DNA of 43,874 bases from positions 1 to 43,874 of the forward strand of contig JAXLNO010000037.1 of NCBI GenBank assembly GCA_038087875.1, written 5' to 3'. The DNA is from Malacoraja senta. Its lineage: Eukaryota. Position numbers and translations under genes: made by a program. The number at the start of each line of letters is the position of its first letter. The first letter of the stretch is position 1. Shown here in pieces: positions 1 through 11,835 of this stretch. Below the pieces are notes generated by a model that saw only the letters and a program-made list of their open reading frames with translations, searched no databases and was not told the DNA's origin.

Positions 1-194
1 AAAATCGAAGGTACACAAAAAAAACCTGCAAAACCTCAGCGGGTGCAGGAGCATCTATGGATCAAAGGAAATAGGAAACGTTTCGGGACAAAACCCGTCT
101 GAGGATAGGTTTCGGCCAAAAGAGTTGCATATATTTCCTTTGCTCCATAGATGCTGCTGCACCCGCTGTGTTTCTCCAGCTTTTTTTGTGTACC
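1..194. repeat. Palindromic pair of Penelope-like pLTR fragments (degraded, truncated by window start)
   Basis: Left arm GGTACACAAAA...CAGCGGGTGCAGGAGCATCTATGG is the reverse complement of right arm CCATAGATGCTGCTGCACCCGCTG...TTTTGTGTACC; same sequence family as the pLTR at 37321-37447. Confidence 0.7.
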
Positions 195-196
195 AG

Positions 197-210
197 TCTC
201 TCTGTCTCTC

Positions 211-267
<57 letters not shown>

Positions 268-440
268 TCTGCCCTTCTCTCTTCACAGCCCGCGGCTCAC
301 TCATGCACGCCCGCTCCAACCCCCCCTTCACCTCTCTCCCCCATCCTCTCCTTCCTCTCACCACCCCTCTCCTCTCTCCCCCTCCTCTCTCCCCACCTTC
401 CTCTCCCCCCTTCCTCTCCACCCTCCTCCTCCCCCTCATC
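197..440. repeat. (CT)n microsatellite grading into C/T low-complexity tract
   Basis: Directly visible. Confidence 0.95.
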
Positions 441-1753
441 ACAATTTTTTTTTTAATAACATTAAATTTTCACTCTCTGCCCCCCAGCCCCCTCGAGACG
501 CACCTGAGAGGCGAGGGCTATTCGTCAGTGGATAGGGTGAAGATGGGATAAAAGAAGAAAATTAAAAAATTAAGATAATATCAAGGAGTGTGATGAGTGT
601 GTGTGTTTGTGGGTGCCAGATTCCCACCCCGCAACTGTGCTTTGGAGGAAAGGGGGTGGTTATGTGACGCCACAGCCCACCCCCCCCCCCCTCCGCAAAC
701 GCACGTTCGGTGTCCAGACCCAACAATAAACACATATTAAACATCCACCACAGTGAGTCCACCCAGCATCTCCTCACTGTGATGGAGGCAAAAGTCTTAG
801 GTCTGCAGTCTCTTCCCTCCTCTTCTCCCTCTGCGCTGAGGCGATACCCCCGGGCGATGTTAAATCAGTCCCACGGCTCAAACACCGCGGCCCGGGGTGG
901 TCGAAGCTGCCGCCACCAGTGCTGCAGATGCAGACACTGGCCCGCGCCCGAACCGCGGACTCAGGCCACCACCGGCAGAACACCGTCCCAGCCACCCCTA
1001 CGTGAGCACCGTGCCGTCTTCAGCCTTGGGCTGGGCTGGGCCGCCCCGACATGGGCGCCAAACCTCCCCACGGGCCGGGCCGCCCCGACATGGGCGTCGC
1101 TTCTTCCCCGGGCCACGACGCCCAAGTGGGAGGCTAAATGTGTATACTTGTGGGGTCTCTCAGATGGTCATTCAACATCTTATGGATCTACCTTGAAGGG
1201 CAGGGGAATTATTACTTGGTTTCCTACTCAATAGTTATCTTTCCTTTAGTATGACCCAGTCATTATCACTTTGCTGTATAAGAATTGCCAGCCATGAAAG
1301 GACACAATGTGCTGGAATAACTCAGTGGGTCAGGCAGCACTCTGGAGAGCATGAATAGGTGACATTCTGGGTTAAGACTCTTCTTCAGACACACCATAGC
1401 CTTCCATGATCCTTCCAAACAACAGTGATTACACTTGAAAGGAACTTTGAATCCCAAGAAGAGGATGTGAAGAGCTTTTCAAAATTCAGTTGTTTCTTTC
1501 TTTCATGTCCAAGCATCAAAGTGGTATAAAAGTTAAGATTTTACTTCGGAGTCACGTGGTGACTACGTGAAGAGCCCGTCCAGCACGTATGCGCGACATT
1601 AGCGTTCTCGCAGTGCAACAGCGACGACTGGGAGTACAGGCGCTCCCGCTACACGTCGGTGGGAAAATACACAGCGGACCATCAGGTAAGTCTTACTCTG
1701 AGGTCGTAATCAGCAAGCTGTGCTCTGCTCTGTATTCCAGGGGAACTGGGAAA

Positions 1754-2973
1754 ATGAGCAGCACGGCAAAGGAAGAAAACCGCCCCCCGTTCGACTCCAA
1801 AGAACGGGAGTGTTCCATCAGTGGGGGGCGAGAGGCGGCACCTGGACCGCATATGCTGCGGCACAACCTCATCGAGACCGAGCCGAGCCCAGTACCGCTA
1901 GCGCAGCCTGATGAGCGGCAGCGGGCTGGAGGAAAAGTTTAAAAAATAAAAATTAAAAAACTTTTTTTTTTTAAACGGCCGGTTATGTCTGACTCCGATG
2001 AGGAGGGTCCGCCTTAGAGCGGCAGAGCTAGCCGCCTGAGCCAAATGGAAAGGCTCATGGAGCAACTGCTCCAGCAAGACTTGCTTCGGGAGCTGGAGCA
2101 GTCTCGCCAGGGGAGACTGCTCCAGCAGTGCTCTACAATGCACTGGCCATCGCTTTCCCCTCAAAGTAGGGCAACGTTGGCGACCAAGGCTGGGCTGGGT
2201 CAGGAACAGGGGTCATTGGCTGAAGATGTCGGGAGTACGCTTGGGGTACAGGATCAGGAAGAACTGCTGGGTGTGGAGATTCGCTAGGTGGTTACACCAC
2301 GAGCAGGGCGGCCGTTGCAGCCAAAACTGGCGGCCAGCATTAACCACCTGTCCCTCAACCCCTACAAGACAGGTACTTAATGAGGCACTAGAGCTGGAAA
2401 ACTGCAGTTCGCTCAATGTACCGGCTGTTAACAGCCAAATCTGGGGGGGGGGGGGGGGGGGGGGACAGAGTGTCCGGAACCAGGAGCTAAAATCCTCAAG
2501 CTCCTGACGACAGGGATAACAGCCTATGCTCGTTCCGTGGATGGGGTGGATATGACCACAAACCAGCAAGACACTCTGGCTCTGCTGTGCAACACCCAAT
2601 ATTAGATAAACAACCTCCGCAAGGAGAGAATAAGACCTGCCCTCAATCCCAGGTTTGCAGGACTGTGTAAAACACCGGCCTCAGAGCCGCAGATCCTGTT
2701 ATTTGGAAGGACAAGTGAAAGACCTGGCGGAAGAGTCCAAAGCATTTGGCCTCATGAGGGCAGGCCCCGGAACGAGCAGACCCACACAAAAAAACCCCAG
2801 ACGGCAGTACCCCACCGCGTCCACCAGTCAAGGTCAAATTTATGGAACTGGTGAAAGCTCGGGGTCCGCATACTATCCCCGAAAGCCTTTTTAGGCCAGG
2901 GCCCAGAGCGGACCCCATGGAAAATGCGCCACCCCCAATCAGCAGTACATCAGCAGTACATCCAGCAGTATAA
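1754..2973 (+). pseudogene. DIRS ORF1 (gag-like), frameshifted
   Basis: Position before pol; fragments MSSTAKEENRPP..., ...EINNLRKERIRPALNP...LLFG; end approximate. Confidence 0.65.
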
Positions 2974-4903
2974 CGACGGATGAACAAACGGAAGAAAGGA
3001 ACACTACCATAACTATGGAGGTAGGTGGGTCTGGTTCCTACCAGCATGTAAATGGGGGAACTGTACTAACAGGAGGTGTCTCACGAATGATAGTTATATA
3101 CTTAACAGTATTCGGGGATACAAAATAGAGTTCATTCAAGAAAACATGCCACCAGTTCAGCATGTAGCCCAAAGGGTCTTTACCCTCTCAGTCAAAGAGA
3201 ACTAGAGGCTCAAGCAGAACTGGTGAGGTTACTTACAAAGGGTGTCATTGAGAAATCCAAACATGAACCTTTGGAATTTGTCTCAAATATATTTACCAAA
3301 AGCAAAAAAGATGGTGGATGTCGCATCATCATTGACTTAACCTCACTAAATACCTTTGTTAAGTATGTACATTTCAAAATGGAAACATTTGTAACTGCTA
3401 AACAACTGATTTCCAAAGGATACTTTATGGCAAGCATTGATTTAAAAGATGCCTACTATTCAGTACCCATTCACAAGGGTCATCGCAGATACCTGAAATT
3501 TACCTGGATGAGGCAACTATGGCAGTAAAGCGTTGCCTAATGGGTTGACATCAGCCCTAGACTAATTACCAAGATATTAAAACCAGCCTTGGCTACATTA
3601 ACGAAACAAAGACATATTGTCATGGCATAACTTGATGATATCCTAATAGTAGGCAAAACCATGGAGTTGGCTAAATCAGCTGTATTAGCTACCAAACAAT
3701 TGTTTGAAACCCTGGGTTTTGTCATACATCCAGATAAATCTAAGTTGCCGCCATCCACAACTATGGACTATCGGGGATTCACAATTAACTCAATCCACAT
3801 GTCTGTAACGTTGCCAAAAGGTAAAACAGCAGAATTGGCACAGACGTGCAACAATTTAATGGTAAGCAATCGACCAACCATCCGACAAGTGGCAAGAGTG
3901 ATTGGCAAAATGGTAGCAGCATTTCCAGCTACACAATTTGGACTCCTGCACTATCAGCACCTACAAAGGGCAAAAGTACAGGCGTTGAAACGACATGCAG
4001 GTCACTTTGACCGAACCATGAAACTACCCATTGAAGCAATATCAGAGTTACAATGGTGGATATAACACATTTGGCATAGTTCCAGCCCTATCATCATCAA
4101 TAACCCAACGTTAACTATACAAACAGATGCCAGTGCTCAAGGCTGGGGAGCAACTAATACCATATCCAGCCCAGGTGGTAGATGGACTAACCTAGACATC
4201 TTTACTACAAACACTGGGCATAAATTATTTGGGAATGTTGGGTGCGTTTTATGGTTTTAAAGCATATTCTAGGAATATGCACAATTTGCATGTTCATTTA
4301 CAAATTGATAATATCATGGTGGTGGCCTATATTAACCATATGGGCAGAATAAAATCAATATCATGTGACAATTGGGTCAACACAATCTGGTAATGGTGGG
4401 TCGATAGACATATTTGGCTATCAGCAACTTACCTACCAGGTAAGCTAAATACAGTGCCAGGTCACGCAAATTCAATGATAAACACCGAATGGATGTTAAA
4501 TCCTAGAGTTTTTGCTAAAATTACAAACCAATATGGCACACCAGATATCGATCTCTTTGCATCCAGACGAAATCACCACGTACCAATGTATGTCCCTTGG
4601 GAACCACACCCTGAGGCAGCAGCGATAGATGCATTCGCGCTGAAATGGGGGACCTATTTATTCTATGCTTTTCCCCCCTTCTGCCTTAATCTGTAGGGTA
4701 CTACGCAAAATACAGATGGACTCTGCTTCAGGTATTTTGATAGTACCAACTGGCCTACACAGCCATGGTTCCCAGTGGTCCTCGACATAGTCATCGAAAC
4801 TCCTATGACCTTTCCCAGTAGCCCAGACCTATTGACGCACCCTGTATCAGGCATAAGTCATCCATGCCATGACAAAATTAACCTACTGGGTTGCAGATTA
4901 TAA
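2917..4903 (+). pseudogene. DIRS pol: reverse transcriptase / RNase H / DAM-like methyltransferase domain, disrupted
   Basis: GYKIEF, KKDGGCRIIIDL, SIDLKDAYYSVPI, YLDD mutated to stop-LDD (TAA 3628-3630), IQTDASAQGWGA (RNase H), IDLFAS...YAFPPF (MT). Confidence 0.93.
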
Positions 4904-5970
4904 AAAGACCACTGCTGGGACTGGGATTGTCTGACAGGACCATCAACATGATGACACCGTATGTCCACCAGGAAACAAGACCTATCGAGCATCAGGAAGT
5001 GGGAAAGATACTGCTTGACTACTGGGACAACATACTCATCTGCAACCATAACCAATGTACTGGAGTTTCCTGGGGGTGCCTTCACCATAATGAAGGATTG
5101 AGCTACAGCGCCATCAATACTGCCAGACGTGCGCTGTCAGCCTACTTAAAACAGGTGCCAGGACAACAGGCCATAGGGTCTCACCCGCTGGTGATCAAAC
5201 TCATGAGGAGTATCGTCAACTCCAACCCTCTTAGACCTAGGTATACCCAAATCTGGGATGTCAGTGTGGTCCTGACATACCTAAGGGGATGGTCCCCAGC
5301 CAGGTCTCTCACCCTGGAAAAGTTAACCCTGAAAACGGTCATGCTGATGCCACTCGTCTGAGCACAAAGAGTCCAGTTCCTCCACTTACTGCGACTGGAC
5401 AACATGGTTATAACACCAGACCGCATCTCATTCACCATTCAGGAGCTGGTAAAGCAGAGCAAGCCAGGAACTTGAGTCCTAGTTATGGATTTCCGGGCAT
5501 ACCCACCTGACCTACGGTTGTGTGTCATGACTCACTTATTCACTTACATCAACACAAGAGATTCTCGAGGGAGAAAAAAGGAAAAAAAAAAAAAAGCCTT
5601 ATGGGTCAGCCACAGGAGACCTCATGGTTGGGTGTCGAACCAAACCATCTCGAGATGGCTCAAGCAGGTACTGGGAGCTGCTGGAGTAGATACTGATGTA
5701 TATACATCTCACTCCACCAGGGCAGCATCCACATCGGCGGCTAAAAGAATGAACATGGAGAAAACGTTCCAAACGTTCTACCACAAGCCGCTAGCAGAAC
5801 CTGTGTTATTTGCAGAAAGAGTTTTAAAATCTGCAAAAATATATAATTTAAGCCCGGGGGAGCATTTTGTCTTTTGTTATTGTTTAATAGATACCATTAT
5901 TGTTTACAAACAGATTATGGTTGATTACGATAAAATACTTCCTCCCTTGAATGACTTCGGCAGCGAGTGA
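4891..5970 (+). pseudogene. DIRS tyrosine recombinase, disrupted
   Basis: GLSYSAINTARRALS, PRYTQIWDVSVVL, SAQR box I, HSTRAASTS box II, FYHK catalytic Tyr region; internal stops. Confidence 0.9.
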
Positions 5971-6012
5971 AGTATGAACTGTTACACGGTTTGAAATCAC
6001 AGAGCTTTAAAA

Positions 6013-6125
6013 TCTTCACGTAGTCACTCACGTGACTCCGAAGTAAAATAGTAAGATTAAACGAGAACTTACCAGTTTGAAGTTTGATCTGTATTTTATG
6101 AGGAGTTACGATGAGGGATTACGTG
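6013..6125. repeat. Internal complementary region (ICR) of DIRS copy 1
   Basis: 6013-6048 is the reverse complement of the left terminus; 6049-6125 is the reverse complement of the right terminal extension ending at 6345. Confidence 0.95.
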
Positions 6126-6776
6126 CCCTCCGCTCCCACCCTCAATTATAGATCAACTGGTATCTTAGTTCTCCTTTTCTTTACTATGTTTATTTCAATT
6201 ATTGTGTTTCCTGTGATTCCACACCGCTGCTTTGAAGAATGTCGCGCATGCGTGCTGGACGGGCTCTTCACGTAATCCCTCATCGTAACTCCTCATAAAA
6301 TACAGATCAAACTTCAAACTGGTAAGTTCTCGTTTAATCTTACTATTAAAGAGGATAGATTGCCTTCTTAAAGTAACCCATGTCCACTCCCATTTGGAGC
6401 AGTTATGGAAAGAGGAAATCTTGTGTCAGACTGACTTACCCTCACCCAAGTATAGAGAAGCGTTTGCCTTCAACCCTTTACACGCCCAAGATTTAGACAT
6501 CAACTTCTGACAGAAGAGTGGGGCAGTTCAGTTTAGTTTATTGTCACGTATACCGAGGTACAGTGAAAAGCTTTCAGAAGCTCCATTCGGGTTCCGTCAG
6601 GAGGATGACATCCTGAGGGAGCTCTGATAAATAATCTCAGATCTGAAACATTGGGTCTGTTTCTCTCTGCACAGATGCTGACTAACCTGCTGAGGTATTT
6701 CCAGCATTTTCTGCTTTTATAATGGAAGTTAAAGTTGACTTCTTTCAGGGAGTCAAGTTAAGTGCAAGTAAAAGCA

Positions 6777-7095
6777 GGGCAGCCTAATGGTGCAGTGAGT
6801 AGAGTTGCTCCCTCGCAGTGCCTGACCTCTAGTGCTGTCCCTGTAAACATTGCATGTTCTCCCTCTGACTACATTGGTTTCCTCTGGGTGCTTTGGTTTC
6901 CTCCCATGTCCAGAGGACATAAAGGTTGTTAGGCCAATTGGCCAATCTTAATTGCTCTCAGTGTGTAGGTGAGTGATAGAACGATGGGGAGAATAAAATA
7001 AAATTAGTGTAGGGTTAGGGTAAGTGATTGCTTGATGACTGACATGGACCCAGTGGGCTGAAGGACCCATTTCCATGTTGGATAACTCTGTGAAA
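6777..7095 (+). mobile_element. tRNA-derived SINE (HE1/V-SINE type), degenerate
   Basis: tRNA-like head, GGTTTCCTCCCA core, CR1-like 3' tail GGGCTGAAGGACC. Confidence 0.75.
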
Positions 7096-7589
7096 CCCAT
7101 GCATATTATACCATGCAAAAACATCCTCAATATGCCCCACATTACTATCTCTTTTTTTTCTGTTATCAACCTCTAACTGTCTCCATTAACCCATTTGGCT
7201 GTATAACTGGACCCTACGCTACCCATCACCATAGCAACCCTGGCCACACTAAAATACCAACATTCCCAATGCCTCAGCCAAACCTCAGTGATCTACAACT
7301 ACCTTTGCTTTCTCTTTTCCCAGTTCTGATAAAGGGTTTATAGACTGAAACATTAACTCTGTGTCTGTTTCTACAGATGAAGGTTCAATGGCTGTGGTTC
7401 TAACACCTTCTGTTTTTATTTAGATTTCAGCATTCTTTTCAACATTTAAAATGTTCAACATGTTTAATGATTATTGGCAGAAGGATGGGGATTTGAGGCT
7501 CTGCTTGACCCCCCCCCCCCCCCCCCACCACCACCACCACCACCATCTGTGGAGGCAAAGGGCATTAGTCAAGATCCTGCATCAGGTCT

Positions 7590-8030
7590 TCTAGTCCTCA
7601 CAGATGCTGCTTGACCCGCTGAGTTCTTCCTGCGTTCCGTTTTTTGTTTCAGATTCCTGTATCTGTGGTGACCTTAAAGTAGACACAAAATGCTGGAGTA
7701 ACTCAGTGGGTCAGGCAACATCTCTGGAGAAAGTGACGTTTCGGGTCGGGACCCTTCTTCAGACTGATTGTTGTGCGTAGAGTGCGGAAAAAAATGGAAG
7801 AGAAAACAAGGATAGATGACGGCTGGCAATAGATAACTTTAGGCAAGGAGGTTTGCTTATAGGCCAATTGATGGTCAGAGACAGGTGTGATTCCAAGAGG
7901 GATGCACAGTTGTGAACTGTTGAGCTGGTTAACAGACTTTTAGTGGAGGAAGGGAGAAAGGAGGGGGGGGGAAGGGGGAGGGGGGAGGCATGTGTTTGCA
8001 GAAGTTACATAAAATTGGAGAATTCAATGC
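7590..8030 (-). mobile_element. Penelope-like element 3' end with pLTR and adjacent opposite-orientation pLTR fragment
   Basis: pLTR 7680-7766, purine-rich spacer, end of endonuclease ORF near 8005-8030. Confidence 0.7.
7732..7766 (-). ncRNA. Minimal type I hammerhead ribozyme motif in pLTR
   Basis: Minus strand CAGU-CUGAAGA-A-GGGUC CC GACCC-GAAAC GUC-ACU: both core boxes, stem II hairpin, palindromic ACGU in place of stem III. Confidence 0.7.
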
Positions 8031-8914
8031 CGTGGCCTTTGTCTCTTCATAGAGTCATACAGCATGGAAACAGGCCCTTTGGTCCAACTTGCCCATGCCG
8101 GCCAACATACCCCATCTACACTAGTCTCAGCTGCCCATGTTTGGCCCATATCCCTCTATACCTTTCCTAACCATGTACCTATCCGAATGTCCTTTTAAAT
8201 GTTGTTATAGTACCTGTGTTGGTAGGAACTGCAGACAGTAAGAAGGCACTGCAGATGCTGGTTTAAACCAAAGATAGACACAAAAAGCTGGAGTAACTCA
8301 GCAGGATAGGCAGCATCTCTGGAGATAAAGAATGGGTGACGTTTCGGGTCTGGACATGCTGGTTTACACTGAAGACAGACACAAAATGCTGGAGCAACTC
8401 AGGGGGGACAGGATTTGTCTATCTTTGTTATAGTACGTCTCAACTATCTCCTCCAACATCTCATTCCATATACACTCTGAGTGAAACATTTGCCCCTTGT
8501 CACTTATTTGGCTTATGGATTATTGGGTAAGCGTCATTGTGAGAATTGTACATTATGACCAACAGTTGTCCTAATATATTACAGCAAGGCATGGGGAATA
8601 ATCTCCAAAATCGATCTCTCTTTGTTTAACCATTTCCTGCTTATCACTGTGATGTAGGCAAACTGTGGTAGGATGTCCCTCTCTCTCTCTCTCTCTCTCT
8701 ATGTATTTGTTTTAGTTTCAACCTACTGGTTATCTTGGGGGGTGAAACTGATATATTCCTTCATCTCCCTGAGTCACTGTCCCACCCTCAGTACTGCAAG
8801 TACAGATAGACACAAAATGCTGGAGTAACTCAGTGGAACAAGCAGCATCTCTGGAGAAAACGAAATGGTGGCATTTTGGGTTGAGACCCTTCTACAGACT
8901 GTTTTATCTCATTG

Positions 8915-9275
8915 GATGTTGAATATTTGAAATAAAATGGAAAATAAGGATATATTCAGTGGGACGCAGTATCTGTTTGTTTTGCCCATTAAAAAAAGAC
9001 TGTTAAAAGTACAAATTATAGAATTAGTTGAAATAAAACAATTAATAATCACTGTGCTCAATTAATATTTTAATAATAGTCACAGAGTAGGTGAATGAAG
9101 AATGTTTTTAAAAACAGACACATGACAGAGGGAATATACTGTAGACGTAGATAAGTTTAATTCTTCATATGAAAAGGGTTCCGACTCAAAACAATGCTTA
9201 TCTAGAATCATAGTCATAGAGTGATACGGTGTGGAAACAGGCTCTTTGGCCCAACTTGCCCACACCGGCCAACAT
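8915..9275 (+). repeat. Local duplicated segment, copy A (paralog at 24536-25448)
   Basis: Near-identical AT-rich block TTTGCCCATTAAAAAAAGACT...TTAATATTTTAATAATAG plus matching flanks. Confidence 0.9.
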
Positions 9276-9920
9276 AGAAATATAGAAAATATGTGCAGGA
9301 GTAGGCCATTCGACCCTTCCAGCCAGCACCGTCATTCAATATGATTATGGCTGATCATTCAGAATCTGTACCCATTCCTGCTTTCTCCCCATATCTCTAG
9401 ATTATGTTAGCCCTAACTCTCTCTTGAATACATCGGTCGAGACCCTTCTTCAGACAGCTGGGGTGTAAGCTGCCCAAGTGCCCAACTCTGACGGTAGGAT
9501 TGTGAAGAGCCTGTTACCTAGGTCCACCCGCAGGCATCTTCCAGCAGAGGTCACTGCTAAGCGATCCGAAGCAAAAACTTCCCGCTGCCAAACCTCCTTC
9601 TGGTAACCAACAACAAACGCGCAGTATTCGCTTCCCACGGACTTTCACAGCGAGCCACGTCTCAAACTGAGGTTCCCCAATAAACCGAAATCACCTAAAA
9701 ACAATCTCAATACAGTCTCAAAGATAAAATCGAACGCACTAATAATCATACATTCCAATCTCTGTTGCTCAATTGGTTTGCGAGTTTTTCCAACTATTAA
9801 AGCTGACTATTTCGGCCCAATCTTCGCGATTCAACATCGTGCACATTGATCGAGGTCGCTTTGAACTGAAAGTTTCTGGTCTGCTCGTTAAAGGGTGATG
9901 TTGTTTTGTATCATAAGCAG

Positions 9921-10115
9921 GTGGGAGGTTTTCAGGCGTGGGACCGTGCCAAACCGCCCACCAAACATCTCCGGCATCCACACAGGGTCACAATTAATGA
10001 GTAAACCATCAGTGCAATGGAATTCATTATTTGAAGGAGGCTCTCCGGGAATGTTGGACGCAGAAGCCGCATACACGCCGCTTGAAAGAGTTACCGGTCA
10101 GTCGAAAGCAAAAAG
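9921..10115 (+). other. Candidate host exon (unidentified gene)
   Basis: TTGTTTTGTATCATAAGCAG acceptor-like site, AAG|GTAAGT consensus donor, 195 nt open in one frame, in CpG-enriched non-repeat DNA. Confidence 0.4.
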
Positions 10116-10554
10116 GTAAGTTTACGAGAGAACTTGTCGAACTACCAAATGCTAATTCCGCGCCAAAGAAAGTAGGTGTTATACATGTGTGCGGCTCTGA
10201 ACAAATAATTTATTTTCTATAATGGTTATCTATTTAAAATACGCTATTCCAACCAGCGGGAATTTAAAAAAAAATTGTCCTAACAGCTTGGTAAATGGAA
10301 ATATTATTGTCAGTAACATTTGGCTGTTGTAATTGCTTGTAATATTGAAAATGTTACTTTGACAATTAAGGTCAATGCGGACTAGGGGCGAGCGGTGAGT
10401 AGCACGGCCCTGCCCATAATTATTAGCATGTGGAGAATGCATACATTTGCAGGTATGCGTACAAACATGTCTGTTTAACATGACCCTCCAAAGCAATCAG
10501 ATGTGAATTCCACCGCCTGTAATTTCGCAGTGGCTAAAACAAAAAAAGCGAGCT

Positions 10555-10632
10555 CACACACACACACACACACTCACACTCACACTCACACTCACACTCA
10601 CACTCACACTCACACTCACACTCACACTCACA

Positions 10633-10678
<46 letters not shown>
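10555..10678. repeat. Compound (CA)n-(CACACT)n-(CA)n microsatellite
   Basis: Directly visible. Confidence 0.97.
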
Positions 10679-10679
<1 letters not shown>

Positions 10680-11424
10680 CAATGCAAACGTTTCGTGAAG
10701 TGGTTTCGACGGATAGCCAGTTGTGTGGGCAAAGAAAATACCAACAAGCGAATGGCAGGTTCTCTGTGCTCGCTGTGGCAGATACGCGAAACCGCAGCGG
10801 TTTGTGGCAACCCAGAGATACACTTCATATAAATTCCACACCATGCCAGCTGGCCTTGGCAAAGCCAAAAGAAAGACCACTTTGCCCTCAGTTTTACAAT
10901 CATCGGAGATCTGTGCTGTTTGTAACAGATGAAGTGAACCGTTCAATGCTATGCAATCGGGTGGTGGTGGTAACGATGTTATTAATGGCCCTGACATTCA
11001 ACTTTATCCCAGAGAGAGGACAATGAAATTGTGCAGTCTCATTCTCCCTACTAATAAATTGTTCCCAGGCATTTGCTGAACTTTACATTTGAAATATTTT
11101 CTTTTTTCTTACTGTTTCTTACTTTTTCTTAACCTTTCCCTTAGCCTGTTTTATGTATATATCTAATTATACTACAATTCACTGTATTCCTTCCATTAAC
11201 CTTAATGTTCTGGAGCACCCTTTGCCATCTCAGTTCAAACAAGTTGGATCAAAAGAGAAACAACAAGTGCTGGAGAGACTCAGCGGGTCGGGCAACATCT
11301 CTGGTAGACATGGATAAGCGATGTTTCAGTTATTCCAGCACTCTGTGTTTTCTTTTAGGAAACAGGCATCTGCAGTACCTTGTGTTCTGGTAAAAAGAGT
11401 TGCAGTCACAGTGTGGGAGTAAAT

Positions 11425-11825
11425 TGTGCAAAACACAAAGTGCTGGAGGAACTCAGCAGCTCGGGCAGCATATGTGGAGGGAATATTTCGGGTTGGCAAC
11501 GTTTCGGGTTGTGGGCCTTCTTCAGACTGATTGTAGTAGGGGGGTGGAAAGCTGGACAAAAGAAATGGGGGCGGGACAGAGCCCGGTAAGTGATAGGTGG
11601 ATACAGTGAGAGGGGGGTGGAGTAAATTCCAGAAGCTAGAGATGAAAAGGAGATAAGAGGGTCAGATAAGGAGAGAGGAGGAGTGAAATGGAAAGCCAGA
11701 GCTAGGGGTATAGGTGGAAGGGGATGGGAGGAGGGCAAGGGGGGAGATAACAGGAAAGTGAGGGACTCAGGGAAGGGAGATAAGTGAACGAAAGTGGGGA
11801 TAGGAGTGGGGTGGCTCAGGCAAGA
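11425..11825 (-). mobile_element. Older Penelope-like pLTR, interrupted by a younger copy
   Basis: CACAAAGTGCTGGAGGAACTCAGC...AACGTTTCGGG...CTTCTTCAGACTG followed by purine-rich tract. Confidence 0.7.
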
Positions 11826-11835
11826 TCGAGGGAGA

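Larger units (their letters stand above)
1539..6347 (+). mobile_element. DIRS1-like tyrosine-recombinase retrotransposon, copy 1 (full length, coding-defective)
   Basis: Inverted terminal repeat core 1564-1600 / 6238-6274; internal complementary region 6013-6125; gag-like, RT, RNase H, methyltransferase-like and tyrosine recombinase remnants in DIRS order; no TSD. Confidence 0.96.

Noticed and set aside
125..551. Overlapping ORFs rich in S/L/P or E/R
   Set aside because: Translations of (CT)n and low-complexity DNA; this end of the window may also be low-quality consensus
3064..3072. TACTAAC-AG branch-point-like word in DIRS copy 1
   Set aside because: AG directly abuts the motif and copy 2 reads TACAAAC
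6013..6347. Repeats resembling a CRISPR array or terminators
   Set aside because: Fully explained by DIRS ITR/ICR; no regularly spaced repeat-spacer units anywhere in the window
10503..10997. ORFs with HT/VC/VS repeats
   Set aside because: Produced by the CA/CACACT microsatellite
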